Part shown: positions 11,876 to 24,740 of the stretch, piece after piece | Layout of the letters: every line of letters begins with the position of its first letter | Numbering within the stretch: the first letter of the stretch is position 1 | DNA from: Eledone cirrhosa | Taxonomy: Eukaryota | DNA length: 64,000 nucleotides | Direction: 5' to 3' | Assembly (NCBI GenBank): GCA_964016885.1 | Contig: OZ024758.1 | Span: forward strand, 3,968,001-4,032,000 | Program-made: the position numbers and the translations under genes | The notes under the pieces: generated by a model | The model's database searches: none | The model's input: the letters and a program-made list of their open reading frames with translations, nothing else | Told to the model about the DNA's origin: nothing

Positions 11876-13513
11876 GTATATATATAGTTGTGTCTGTAAG
11901 CGTTGGCATATTTTAAACCATTTTTTTTTAGATTCTATGCAAACATGAGTGTATGCATATGTATTTTAAACATGGTTATATGAGGAAATTTAATAATTTC
12001 CGTTTCTATCAACAGTCATATTTTCTATAAATATATAATTATGCGGAATGACATATCATTTAGCTAAAACATCTTAAGTTTTCTCACAAATCACCAACTA
12101 TCTTCAGAGAAATTATTTTGGTTTACAAGATATTATGCTCTTTGCTTTAACTTTTAAATTCACAAAATCCCAATAAGATCTTTCTAATAATGAAGAGTAT
12201 AAGAGGTTCCTGAATAATATATTCTTCGTATGATTAAAACGAAGTAAGCGTCATAGCTTCAGTGATGTTTTTTTAAGGAAATTGGTAAGCACAAGAGTAA
12301 ACTTTTATGTTGCTGTACTTATTAGATACAAGATACTGGTTGGGAGACATATATATTGCTTTTAGTTATCAAGTGAGCTAATGTGCTGCAGTTAAAATAG
12401 CAACTGTTGAGGAGGTTAATTACCGGCCTATATGACTTATTAAAATAATATTTTTTTTATCATGCAGATGGTGTATCATAAGTATTTACTTTCACTCAAT
12501 TATCTTTTGCGACAAAATGTATGTACTTCTGTATATGTTTCCTAATTAGCTGTCTGTTCAGCAATTCGCCACCAACTTCACAACGAAGTTAAACCTTTGC
12601 TCAGGAAAAATATTATTGCTCAAGTATGACTGGGGTTGGTTACGCATGTACTATTTGCGAATCCTTCCCGCAGCTAAATCAGTGGGATGATACCTCAAAC
12701 GAAAATATAACCAACTCCATACTTGGGTAATATGGCAAAGCTTTTGAGATCCATAAATTCTGTTGGAATTCAGTCAGCAATGATCTTGAGTTAGAGCAGT
12801 GTTCTCAAATATTATAATACTATTATCGATTTTCTAGAAGGTCTTAAACGGTCAACTGGTCCTTATATCAGTAGAAAATCGATTTTATATACTATGTCAA
12901 TTGAATTGCATAGAAGATGCTTGTTTGCTATACAGATATCGTATCAATTTCTGCTTGATCACATCATCAATCACATAACGAAGCTACATTATTTCAATTA
13001 TTATATTACTTCCAGTGGGAGTTAAAATAAATACTAGAAATTTTGAATTATAATGTAAACTCATTAGACTATCAAACTATCAATTCCGCACACTGATATA
13101 TTATAACTATATACAATGATTAAGATTTATAGAGGGATAAGGTGACATTATGAAATGTTTCTGCAATTCTCAAGTGTATTAGCTGCGTAAATAAATTGAA
13201 ATATCTTCATAAAGATATTGAGGTTATGCTGTGGGTCAGTTTGCTTAAAACTTTTCTCATATATCGTTGAGCTAGTCATATATTCAATATTCAGTAATGT
13301 CAGTAAATTGCATAAGCAAACAAAAGCGGTGACAGTATATATTCCCAATATTTAGTTACGTACAGATTTCAAATCCTGCGAGGATTGATTTTCAGGATCA
13401 ATAAAATAAGTTCTCCTGTGCACTACACCGGCCACACCTCATCTTATAGTGTTTACATATTGAGTCTGACCACTCTTGAGTGCTACTGGTAGCATGTAAT
13501 CCAGTACAACCTG

Positions 13514-13910
13514 TCGCAGGGTCGGGTCGTTGGGGACTAAACCGGCAACCCCACCAAATTTACTTGATGAGGAGGGTGGTTTTGGACACCCTGCAGGACA
13601 AAAAGCAAAACCTGACAAAGGGCGGAAGAACTCATAAGAGTTCACGGCCATCTAAAAAAAAAAAGAAATCTTGCCAAATCAATGGGTGGCAGTAGTTCCA
13701 GCTGCATCGAAAGACTGGTGTAGTGGTTCTGAGAACAATGCGGCTTTACAGATGATAATTGCAAGTTGACAATGGAAAGGGGCTCCCGCTCGAGTTAAAA
13801 GAGAATTATAGACCCTCAGGAGAAGCAGCGATCCCTGATTGTATCCAGCGACGTAAACAAATATGAAGTACACCAAATCCAATGCTCCTAGGGGAGGCCC
13901 TGGTTCTTCT
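13514..13910 (+). mobile_element. RTE-like 5'-UTR fragment
   Basis: CTAAACCGGCAACCCCACCAA..GAGGAGGGT shared with 34374-34765. Confidence 0.45.
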
Positions 13911-14406
13911 TATTTGCGAGTGTAAACTCGGCCAGATTAGATTAGATTAGATGTGTTTACACCAATGTAACATATATTTCTTCAAACCAGTTGATATATA
14001 TTCTGATGGTTTTCAGTTTAAAAATCATTCGTAGGTTGATAACTTAAGAAATAAAAAAAAAATGCATGCATTGTTTATATATATATTTATGTATATATAC
14101 GTATATATATATAATGTGTGTGTGTGTGGCAAAGTAAAAAACAAAAACAATAACAAAGAGTGCAGTTACGAAGAGTATTGGTATTAGGTTCACGTTTGAG
14201 AGTGGGGTGTGGGATATCGAACTTTGCATGTGGTATGTCATGGCCAAAGCTATTTAGGTTAAAATACAGTATAGAGTCATGTAAACAAAGTCAGTCCCAT
14301 TACCTTGAATAGGAAGTGTCAGAACGGAAATACATATCTGCAGTCGCAATTGAGACGATGTTTTAGACAAAGCCACTTTTGTTTGCCTGACGCACTTGCA
14401 TATGTA

Positions 14407-14459
<53 letters not shown>

Positions 14460-14500
14460 ACAGTGTACAATTGCCTCATGTGTTTTGTTAGTTCATTTTC

Positions 14501-14555
<55 letters not shown>

Positions 14556-14640
14556 TGTGTGTGTGTATAAACATATGAGAGGTGGAGTTGTGTGCGTGTA
14601 TATATTGTGTCCAGCATGTATATATATATATATATACATA

Positions 14641-14714
14641 CAGGGTGTACCCCCAAAATATATACACACTTTCATTAGAACGCTATTGAAGAATGTATAC
14701 ATTTTTGGGACACC

Positions 14715-14717
<3 letters not shown>
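14641..14717. mobile_element. 77-bp Tc1/mariner-type MITE
   Basis: TIRs CAGGGTGT..CCCAAAA / TTTTGGGACACCCTG, TA on both sides; related ends at 51165-51252 and 60970-60992. Confidence 0.75.
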
Positions 14718-14752
<35 letters not shown>

Positions 14753-14755
<3 letters not shown>

Positions 14756-15038
14756 AAGTTATATTTAAAATTGTTGGGTTACAACTAGTAAATATTTATA
14801 ACTGATATAAAAGCACTCGACAAATACTTGGAGTATATTTACAATATTAAATAAATGGAAAACTATATTTATAAAACCATATTTATTTCATTATATATAT
14901 TTCGGGGATATCATATTAACAATATGCTATGCCTTCATCAGACAAAATACAATATAAACAGTTTTATAGATAAATATATTCGACATACCGTAATAAACAT
15001 CAACTTCATTTGAAGAGGTTCACTCTCGCAGTCACACA

Positions 15039-15040
<2 letters not shown>
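14753..15040 (-). mobile_element. PLE-like pseudo-LTR between (TA)n tracts
   Basis: HHR followed by AATAAA and a T-rich segment on the minus strand. Confidence 0.6.
14885..14948 (-). ncRNA. Minimal type-I hammerhead ribozyme
   Basis: AUUUUGU-CUGAUGA-AGGCAUAGCAUAUU(GUU)AAUAUGAUAUCCCC-GAAA-UAUAUA-UA-AUGAAAU; 7-bp stem I with two G-U pairs. Confidence 0.7.
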
Positions 15041-15084
<44 letters not shown>

Positions 15085-15879
15085 TGTGTGTGTGTGTATA
15101 TATATATATATGTATATAGGTCTGTGTGTATGTTAGATTATACCTTTTACCATTTATCAAATATATATATATTTATATACTAATTCTATTTCATTTCTTT
15201 CTCTATTTTCAGTTCTGGGTGTTGTTGTTGTTGTTGGTTTTTCTATAGAAAAAAATGTCTTTCAACTTTACTATAAAACGTTGCGAATAAACTCAAGTGG
15301 ATCTATATCTGTTTACCTGACTTCCGGTCTGCCTAGGAATGACTTGAGTCATACTCAACTCATCAGACGGTAATATTTATATTTTTTTAAAATCATCTTT
15401 TACCTTGATTTGTCTTTTCGTTTTAAAATGTCATGCCATTTGTCAAATGTTCAGTTATGTTCATGGTGTTTAATTACCTTAGTCTAGCGGGGCGGAATTC
15501 AATGGTGTTCAATTAACTTAGAATCTAGGGGGGAAAGTAGAGAATATGTATTGGTGTCGATTCTCATAGGAATGTGCATAGATTCCCATTCCATGTTTTA
15601 AGTTGGCACATATTAAGCCTAGGTTAACCGAACTCTCTCTTCGTCTGAAGAGATTTCTTCGAAAGAAGGAGAATGATAGTGATAGAGAAGATGTGAGTAA
15701 AAGACGTATAGGAATAATCGAATCCGGTAATCGATGGGTATATTTTTAACGACATCGAAACGATTAAATGCGAAGTCGGATTCGGTGGAATTTGAACTCG
15801 TTGCGCAGAGAGACGGAGCGAATAACGTAAAGCATTCAATCCGACCTTCTTACGGGTCTGTCAATTTGCCGACTACTAG

Positions 15880-15915
<36 letters not shown>

Positions 15916-16167
15916 AGTGTGTGTGTGTATATATATATGTATATATAAGTTTGTTGGTTCACCACTAGATAGGATTGGTCATTCCATAGAGTCAATCATC
16001 ATATAAACATTAGCACCCGACGTATGTAACTTATCCATCTTTGATGTTGAATCTTGTTAGTGGTGGGAGAACGGGGTTAATTATTATTGAGTGAAATCAA
16101 GCAGTTTCACCAGTCCTGCTTCCTATCATTTTACTCAATAATATATATATATATAAATATATAATTC

Positions 16168-16422
16168 TCACTCCGTCGGTTACGACGACGAGTGTTTCAG
16201 TTAATACTCTCAACGGAACAGCCTTCTCGAACTATTAACGTGCAAGTGGCCGAGCATTCCATAGACACGCTTACCCATAACGTATTTCTCAGGGAGATTC
16301 AGCGTGGCACAGAATGTGACAAGGCTGGCCCTTCGAATTAGACCTTCATCACATTTTTTGCCAGGAATCAAACACACGACCTCAGGAATATAAGCCGAAT
16401 ACGCTTAACACAAAGCCACACG
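16168..16422 (-). mobile_element. CORE-type SINE, tail type 1, with internal deletion of the core
   Basis: Head (GTGGCTTTGTGTTAAGCG..GTTTGATTCCTGG) joined directly to the tail CTTGTCACATTCTGTG..GTCGTAACCGACGG; resembles octopus OR-type SINEs as recalled. Confidence 0.7.
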
Positions 16423-16584
16423 TGTGTACGTGTTTGTATACGTTCCGTGGTGCATGCATGTATCTTTTGCCGGTAAAATCGCAAAAGGATATAAACGTGG
16501 AAAAGATAACTCTATAAATTGTGATTTCCAGGAATGTACAGGGTGGTCCGAAAGTCTTGTCACCCTCTACCAAAAAGTAATGAG

Positions 16585-16740
16585 AAACACTTTATGTTCC
16601 CATTGCAGTATCGTCCCCTTCGGAGGAGGGTGTGTGCCGAATCTTGCAGCTAGATCGTGTCGCACATCCTCCATACTCTTGCCAGAATGCACACGATCAT
16701 GTGTCCACACACCTGCAAGCAGCCTCTCTTCCAAACTGTA
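16585..16740 (-). pseudogene. Transposase N-terminal HTH fragment (DUF4817-like)
   Basis: YSLEERLLAGVWTHDRVHSGKSMEDVRHDLAARFGTHPPPKGTILQWEHKVF; the RF...P...TI..W..KF pattern is typical of Tc1/mariner N-termini; lies inside the TIRs. Confidence 0.7.
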
Positions 16741-16769
16741 GGAGCTCTGAAATAGAAATTTATAGTATT

Positions 16770-16950
16770 ATTGGCAGTTTCGGTAGAGGGTCGGACCCCA
16801 TGCTTTGCAGCACAGTTACGTCCCTTTACGGACTGAGTTCAAATCTCGCCGAGGTTAACTTTGCCTTTCATCCTTACGGGGTCGATAAAATAAAGTACCA
16901 GTAATACACTGGCATAATTGCTGGCCTTGTGCCAAAAGTAGAAACAATTA
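16770..16950 (+). mobile_element. SINE family A nested in the mariner element
   Basis: Near-consensus copy with ATT tail. Confidence 0.85.
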
Positions 16951-17500
16951 TTATTATTATATATTATAATAAATTATATTATATATTATTAAAACAAAAA
17001 AACAATGAAAGTTAAAACAATATGTTACAAGAGGTGACAATACTTTCAGACCACGCTGTATATCACAATATTTATATTGTATATCTCTACATTACTCTCG
17101 TTACACACTCCCTCCTCATTCATGTTATTGAAAATACAGCGAACTAGTTGCTGATTCATTGAAAATTTCTAACCATCGAATGTCTGCCAAATGCGATGCC
17201 AAATCAATAAACTAAAAATTATAAACAAAATACTAATCAAATAAATAGCGTGAATAATTAAGAAAAAAAATGTTGCACTTGATATTTTGGCGGTCAAATA
17301 TGCTGGAGAGATTTAGTTTGGGAATAAATGTAGTACAAGGCAAAATAAATTATAATTATAGAATTATACAAAACAATATCATTAGTAACTAATTATTTGT
17401 TTTCTATATTTTCTGTTTGATTTATTTGTTAATTGTCTCATTTCGCTTCCCTTATTTCTCTTATTTATTTTCGAAATACTTGCTTTCATTTGTCATATAC

Positions 17501-17785
17501 GAGGGCGGTGGATTGGGAGTACCCGTAGAGTGTCGGACACTATGCTTTGTGGCATAGAGTTGGGGCCCTTTACTTTCTGAGTTTAAATTCCACCGAGGTT
17601 AGCTTTGCCTTTCATCTTTACAGGGTCGATAAAATATGTAATAATAATTGTTTCTACTTTTGGCACAAGGCTAGCAATTACCCCAATGTTATCGACTCCG
17701 TAAGGTTGTAATCAACTCCATTGTAATCAACTTTCCCCTCCCCCACCAACATTGCTGGCTTTGTGCCTAAATCAGAAACCATTAT
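17501..17785. mobile_element. SINE family A pieces (+, -, +)
   Basis: Head and central domain at 17501-17637 (+), inverted tail at 17646-17705, tail at 17706-17785 (+). Confidence 0.7.
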
Positions 17786-18017
17786 TTTGCCATGTACGTG
17801 TCTATTCTTGTCCACCCCGCCACTACATTCAGACTTTCCTTCTTCGTTCCTTTATATTCTTCCTTGCAATTGTGTGTATATATCTTACATAATCGTAGAG
17901 GAGCCTATACATAGCCGAAAAATCTGCGAGAAATAGTTGCTCTATCTCACTCAAAACACTTGCTGGTTACTTGATGGGATGCCTTGTTGGATAATATAGA
18001 GTTGACTATAAAAGCAT

Positions 18018-18262
18018 TGTGTGGTGGCTAAATGGTAAGGGTGCTGGGCTTATGATCCTAATGCCGTGCGTTCGATTCTAGGGTAGGATTGAATGTTGTG
18101 TTCTTGAGAAAAACACTTCATTTCACGTTGTTCCAATATAATCAGCTGTAAATGAGTATCAGCTATAGTTGGAGCTTAACACTGCAATGTACTAACGACC
18201 TGCCCTGGGAGCAATTGGGTACTCTCAGTCACTTTATGCTCCGAAACCAGGAGAAGCACGGA
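18018..18262 (+). mobile_element. CORE-type SINE with V-domain-like tail
   Basis: TGGCTAAATGG A box, GTTCGATTC B box, TGTGTTCTTGAG core, tail ..ATGCTCCGAAACCAGGA. Confidence 0.6.
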
Positions 18263-18684
18263 GATAACGACCATTCAGGCTTAAGACAGATTTTAGACTG
18301 TACAAAAATCGATTGGATGGACAACATAGGAATGCTATTGTTTATAGATCTACTGGGTAATTAAAAACAAAGGCAACACAATCAAAAACAACAATACCAT
18401 GAGAGTATTATTTTCATGAATACATTAGATTGACTCGACTTGTAAACAGCAGTGTATCATGCCTAACTTCTGCTTAGTTGAGGATGTCCCCACTAATTAA
18501 GGTTAAACAATTCGCGTTAAGTTCAGCTGTCTAATTACCACATTTGCAACCAACATCATACATACATATATACGTACAGACTTCCTCCCTTTCACTAAAT
18601 ATATATTTATAAACACAAATAAGTTACAAATATATTTAGTTACACATAGACTTATTTTTGTTTATACACGCACGCATGCACGCA

Positions 18685-18774
<90 letters not shown>

Positions 18775-19911
18775 TGTGTGTATGTGTAAGGAATAGATAT
18801 TGAAAATGCAACTGGAGCCTTTTAAGAATATATTTTTACGTTACCGGTTTCATTGTTCTGATAATTATCAAAAGTAAAATTGAGATTGAGTGTTTGTGTT
18901 TCTGTTGGTATATATATGTGTCTGTGTGAGTGTCTGTGCATGCATATGTATATATATATATAATAACACGTGTCACAATTATGAAGAGAAGACCTAGTTC
19001 ATCTGGTGTTTTCAGCGAGTCATCATAGTTTCGGTCTCTTTAATGGTACGACTCTTCTTCTCAGTGCACCAGTTGTATCTAAAGGAAAACAAATATTCTG
19101 GACGGAAACAGAAACAACAAATATCTATATACCGATACAAGCCAAGAGAGTTGTAATAATAGTAATACGTAGCACACGTCATGGGGTAGATTGGAGTGTG
19201 AGCAATAAATTGTCCCATCATACATGAATATTGGTAGATAGAAATATGTAATTAACCTCGTTGGTATTGGAAAAGGAAAACAGAAGAATGTAGCTAACTA
19301 CAGTAAAGTATGCAGTCTGAATTTCTGTCAATTGAACGACATTTTTGATATCATTAATATTATACAGATTTCTTTGTTGATGTCACTTCTACCCTTCTAA
19401 GTATGCAACTGTCACCCAAAGTATAGTTAATAATGTATGAATATCAGTTGACCTGTATCACCTTGTAGGAGATAACCAATTAAGAAACAGACAATTGATA
19501 TATGATAAATGGTTGTAGAATCAAAGTGTATTTTTCTTCTTCACTTCTGTCTTGGTATTTATTGGTTTTCGTTGACATACGACTCTTTCTTTGACAAATA
19601 GTTCCTTATTCTTATAGCTATTGTTTTATTCTTTTCTATCTTTGTCGATATTTCTATCAATGGAGTTAATGTTGAGTTTAACATACAGATACATAGCATA
19701 AGCACATGCACACATATAATTCAAAACTTCCACATCCACACATACAATGGCATCCTTACCTACACACATACACTCAAATGCATGTAGGCTGGCAAACATA
19801 TCTATCTAGTTGATGTTGTCTAAATTCCAATGAGAGAGAATTGTATCTATGTTAGAAACGGATGCTCTCTATTTGGTGAACGTTTATAAAATTATAAAAC
19901 CAGAAGTGCGT

Positions 19912-20066
<155 letters not shown>

Positions 20067-20279
20067 TGTGTCTGTATGGGTGATTGCGTGTGTGCGCAGT
20101 TGTATTTGTCCTTTTTATTATTTTATTCCAACATCGGTTTCAAGGCGCAGCCTTTGCAGATTTCTGAACCAGGGCTAACCTAGGGCTAAACAACAACAGC
20201 CGTATAATTATCACACGCGGCCTATAAAAACTAGATGCGTTACTCTCGCTCTGATCGATTGACAAGCTCCCAGACTTTA

Positions 20280-20503
20280 TTCTCTTGCCGTGTGAGGTGG
20301 ATCATGTCAAATCGGACGAAGGAAACAATGTTTCCATTACACTTTTCATTGCTGAAAATATCTTCCTGTCGTAACTCCTGACATAAAGACCAATGTAAAT
20401 AACGTGCCTTGCTCAAGGACACAATATCGCCCGATCCGAGAATTGAACTCGCAATCTCACGATTACAAATCCAACTCTCTCAACACAAAGCCACGCACCT
20501 TCA
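20280..20503 (-). mobile_element. CORE-type SINE, tail type 3
   Basis: GTGTCCTTGAGCAAGGCAC core and GGAAACATTGTTTCCTTCGTCCGATTTGAC tail shared with 43782-43996. Confidence 0.7.
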
Positions 20504-20863
20504 CTTGGTGTATAGTTATTTGAAACTATGAGAAATATCATTTGGTGAACCTATTTAACGGACGAAATCCGTTCTCAGTCCTGTCAATTAGTAAGAGAAA
20601 TATTCATATATGATAAATAACTATGAGCGTGGTTAATGAAGCTGTTCATTTTACCCAAGTATGATTAGGGAGGAATAAACCTATAGTTAGGTTAATGTGT
20701 ACGAGATTTCATTAATTGCTTCAGAAATGGCGCTAGAGAGTAATTATCCTGATTTGCTTTTTAATTGCTAATTGATATCTTGTGTTGCCTATTTATGTAA
20801 TTATTTATATATTCATATTTATTTAGTCGTTAGTTATAAGCTTATATATATATATATATATAT

Positions 20864-20918
20864 ATCCGTCTAACCCATGCTAGCGTGGAAAATGGACGTT
20901 AAACGAAGATGATGATGA
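20864..20918 (+). mobile_element. Retroposon 3' tail ending in (GAT)n
   Basis: CCCATGCTAGCGTGGAAAATGGACGTTAAACG-(GAT)n; recalled as a common octopus SINE/LINE terminus. Confidence 0.5.
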
Positions 20919-20989
20919 TATATATATATATATATGTGTGTGTGTATCTATGTATGCATCTATATATATATATATATGTAATGTATATA

Positions 20990-21322
20990 TATATATGTAA
21001 TGTATATATATATATGTATGGATGTATATATATATATGTATGGATGGATGGATATATATATGGATGGATGGATATATATATGGATGGATGGATATATATA
21101 TATATATGGATGGATGGATATATATATATATATGGATGGATGGATATATATATATATATGGATGGATGGATATATATATATATATATGTATGGATGGATA
21201 TATATATATATATATGTATGGATGGATGTATATGGATGGATGGATGTGTATATATATATGGATGGATGTGTATATATATATGGATGGATGTATATATATA
21301 TGGATGTATGTATATGGATGTA
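20990..21322. repeat. Compound (TA)n(TGGA)n array
   Basis: Seen directly. Confidence 0.9.
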
Positions 21323-21792
21323 TTTACATATGAATGTATGTATATGTATATATGTATGTATGTGTATATACAATGTACGTGTGTGCATGTATGTTCATAC
21401 AAACTGGTTTCTGTGTGTTGTGCGTAGAGGCACCGATAACGATGTGTTCGTGCGAGAGTATGTTAACAGTCATATACATATGTGAAATAAATATATCTTA
21501 ATTTCGTTCTAATATATTTGTTGAAAATTCTTAACTTCTTAAGGAAAGACACAACCAGGGAAATAATAATTTTAAAAAATATAAAATGATTTAAAAACAA
21601 ATACGTAATACTGAATACCCACATACATCTATTGAATAAAGAACTTCTTTATTGATATGAAGGTACGACCTGAGTAAACCTAGGGAATTTTAGTAGCCTA
21701 GAATGGGTATCAAACGGATTATTTTTTCTTTTAATTAAAATACATGTTGTAGTGCTTATCAGAGATTTTGAAATACCAAACATAATAAGAAT

Positions 21793-21957
21793 AATAATTG
21801 CTTCTACTTTTGGCACAAGGCCAGCAAATTATCCAGTACATTACTGGTACTTTATTTTATCGACCTCCTAAGGATGAAGGACAAAGTTAACCTCGGCCGG
21901 ATTTGAACTCATAACGTAAAGGGCCATAACTTTATGCTGCAAAGCATGGCGTCCAAC
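21793..21957 (-). mobile_element. SINE family A
   Basis: Reverse-complement match to the family motif. Confidence 0.8.
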
Positions 21958-21984
21958 ATATATACATATAATGTAATGATAAGT

Positions 21985-22215
21985 ATTATAAGAGCTGTTC
22001 TAGGAATGATAAAAAAACACACAGACAAATGCATAGCCAAAACACCAAAACCTACAAATAGATACAACATACAAAAGATAGCACTACTAGGCACTGCACA
22101 CATATTACAAAAGGTACTAACAATAAAAACAAGACCAGCAAAAACTACACTGCCCATACCCAAGGCGCACAGAGCTACGCTCGGTAAAACAGTAATGATG
22201 CGCAATAAAAATTGT
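21985..22215 (+). pseudogene. R4/Dong-clade LINE 3' fragment
   Basis: IIRAVLGMIKKHTDKCIAKTP...IQKIALLGTAHILQKVL matches the R4-clade C-terminus; followed by (AAT)n. Confidence 0.75.
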
Positions 22216-22381
22216 AATGGAAATAATAATAATAATAATAATAATACATAAATAAATATAAAAATATGATAAAATAAAGTGACATTAAAATATTTTAAAA
22301 TATGTAAACAAGGATATGCTAAGCTTAACAAAATTTAAATAACCATATGTGAAAATATATTAGTACTCTAGTTATTAATAC

Positions 22382-22416
<35 letters not shown>

Positions 22417-22485
22417 GTGCGTGTATATATATATATATTTGTGTGCGTGTGTATATATATATATATGTGTGTGTGTGTGTGAATG

Positions 22486-22588
<103 letters not shown>

Positions 22589-22929
22589 TCATATATTAGA
22601 TGTGCCTATATGTGTGTGTACATAAGTAGTTTTCAAGTAGGCTATTAATTATTTATTTCTTAAATGTCCTTAGAATAGCATAGCTTTGAACTTGCCTTTA
22701 ATGTGTAGAGTGGATGATTCTGGAGATTGAGAAGGAGGATTTAAAATAAAATAAAATATGAGATGGTTGGAAAGAAGAAAAGGAAGGAAATGAAATAATA
22801 AAAATATAAACAGACAACAAAATGGTGGAAGGAGAATAAATTGCGTAAAAACGAGCAAAACCTGAATAGTATTTAATGAATATTAATAATTCCATTTTTT
22901 GTGTTATACGTATATATATATGTATACAT

Positions 22930-22981
<52 letters not shown>

Positions 22982-23044
22982 GTTGGTTCTCTTCATCTAT
23001 ATTGAAGACGATGAATAAGAGGGTATATGTGTTAATTTTATTGT

Positions 23045-23245
23045 GGTTTAGCACCAGACCATCTCAGCTTGAGCAGATATATGCTCAAACGTGTTCTTGC
23101 TCTGATCATCCCAACATTTTTTTATATATATAATATATTGTAACATAGACTAATTCATTCAGAAGTATCGTTTTATTTATCTAAGTTGATAGGGTTACTT
23201 TTGAGGTATATTTCATTGCTATTTCTAGCAAATCGAACAACCGGT
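23045..23245. mobile_element. Old dispersed repeat (TTTAGCCCCAGG../GCTATTTCTAGCAG family)
   Basis: Related pieces at 51705-51925, about 26700, about 33840, 2705-2745 and 20168-20198. Confidence 0.4.
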
Positions 23246-23984
23246 GCCATGTTGTTGTTAGTAGTGATAAATACCATCTTTGGTAGTTGTTATAACATTG
23301 ATAATTATAAATGGTGACGATAATGTCGATGGTAATGATGATAATGATAATTTTAAAAAAAGGTGGGGGGGGGGGCAGAATCGTGCGAAGGATGATGGAG
23401 GAGAGGAAGAAACAGAGGAAAAACAAGGAGAAGAAGATTTAGGAGAAGGGGAAGAAAGAGGAGAATGAGAAGGAAAATAAGAACAACAACAGCAATAACA
23501 ATAACAACAACGTAATTTAATCATAAAAGGAAAACCAAAGAAGGAGAATTAGGTGAAGATGGGGATGTAGGAATTGAATACCAAAGAGAAAGGAAAGGGC
23601 AAGAATGGAGAGAAAGAAATCCCACGGTATTCATAACACAGAAACATGAAAATCTAAATCTAAGCTAAAAGAAGTGAAATATAAAATACTAAAGGTCTAT
23701 AAATCAAAAGCTGAAATCAAATTCCAATGCAACGGCTTAGATATTTATCTTGAACTTATAAAGGGAATTGAAACATTCTATCAGATATCAAGAACTAAAA
23801 TCTCTTGAGATGTGTTCGAAACCTTTTAATAGGTTATTAATAGGTGGAGCTGTAATCAGTAGAAGTGTCATAAACTTGTTATAGCAAGCAGTAATTAGAA
23901 ACAGGTGTGAAGATTATTTGATTTGGAAGAAATTTAATATATTTTATTTTTATTGTTACTATTATTATTATTATTATTGTTTAA

Positions 23985-24185
23985 GGTGGTGGATTTGCAG
24001 TATCGCCAGAGCCTCTCTTTACGTTCAAATCCCACCGTGGGTAGCTTTGACTTTCATCATTACAGGGTCTATAAAATAAATCACCAGTAATGCACTGGGG
24101 CCGATTTAATCGACTTCCCCTTCCTCCAAAATTGCTGGCCTTATAGTAGAAAACATTATTATTATTATTATTATTATTGTTATTA
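23985..24185 (+). mobile_element. SINE family A with (ATT)n tail
   Basis: Family motif; a second copy lies at 24445-24600. Confidence 0.75.
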
Positions 24186-24189
24186 CTCT

Positions 24190-24423
24190 TTGAGTCTCAG
24201 TCATTGATGTTAGTTAACTGGAAAGTGTGTTGGAATGAATATCAAGCCACTACCTGCAGCCTCAGATATTCAGGACATATCGGAGGGTTCTTGCTGTTCC
24301 CAGCAAGTATGCCTTTTGAAGCGTTCCAAAAAGCGTGAAGGGGCCGATTTTCTTTAACCATCCCTGGAAACTTTTGGAGATAGTCCCTAGTGCGCCTATG
24401 ACAATCGGGATCACTTTGACTTC
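24190..24423 (-). pseudogene. R4/Dong-clade LINE 3' fragment
   Basis: EVKVIPIVIGALGTISKSFQGWLKKIG/(frameshift)TLQKAYLLGTARTSRYVLNI*; (TAA)n on both sides. Confidence 0.8.
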
Positions 24424-24641
24424 ATTATTATTATTATTATTGAAGGTGGCTTTGCAACATAGAGTTACGCTCTTTTACGGTCTGAGTTCAAATCCCATCG
24501 AGGTTAACTTTGCTTTTCATCGGTGTCGATAAAATAAAGTATCTGTAATGAACTGGGGGTATTTGCTCGCCTAGTGCCAAAAGTAGAAACAATTATTATT
24601 GACGGTGGCCTTCGCTGTTTACCGTGTGCGTACGTACACCA

Positions 24642-24740
<99 letters not shown>

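Larger units (their letters stand above)
16539..17058 (-). mobile_element. Internally deleted Tc1/mariner element with nested SINE
   Basis: About 30-bp imperfect TIRs CAGGGTGGTCCGAAAGTCTTGTCACC / GGTGACAATACTTTCAGACCACGCTG; TA target duplication on both sides. Confidence 0.8.

Noticed and set aside
15340-15366. CUGAUGA plus hairpin on the minus strand (similar partial hits near 15645, 36563, 38296 and 60146)
   Set aside because: No downstream GAAA, or no NUH and stem I; not callable as hammerheads.
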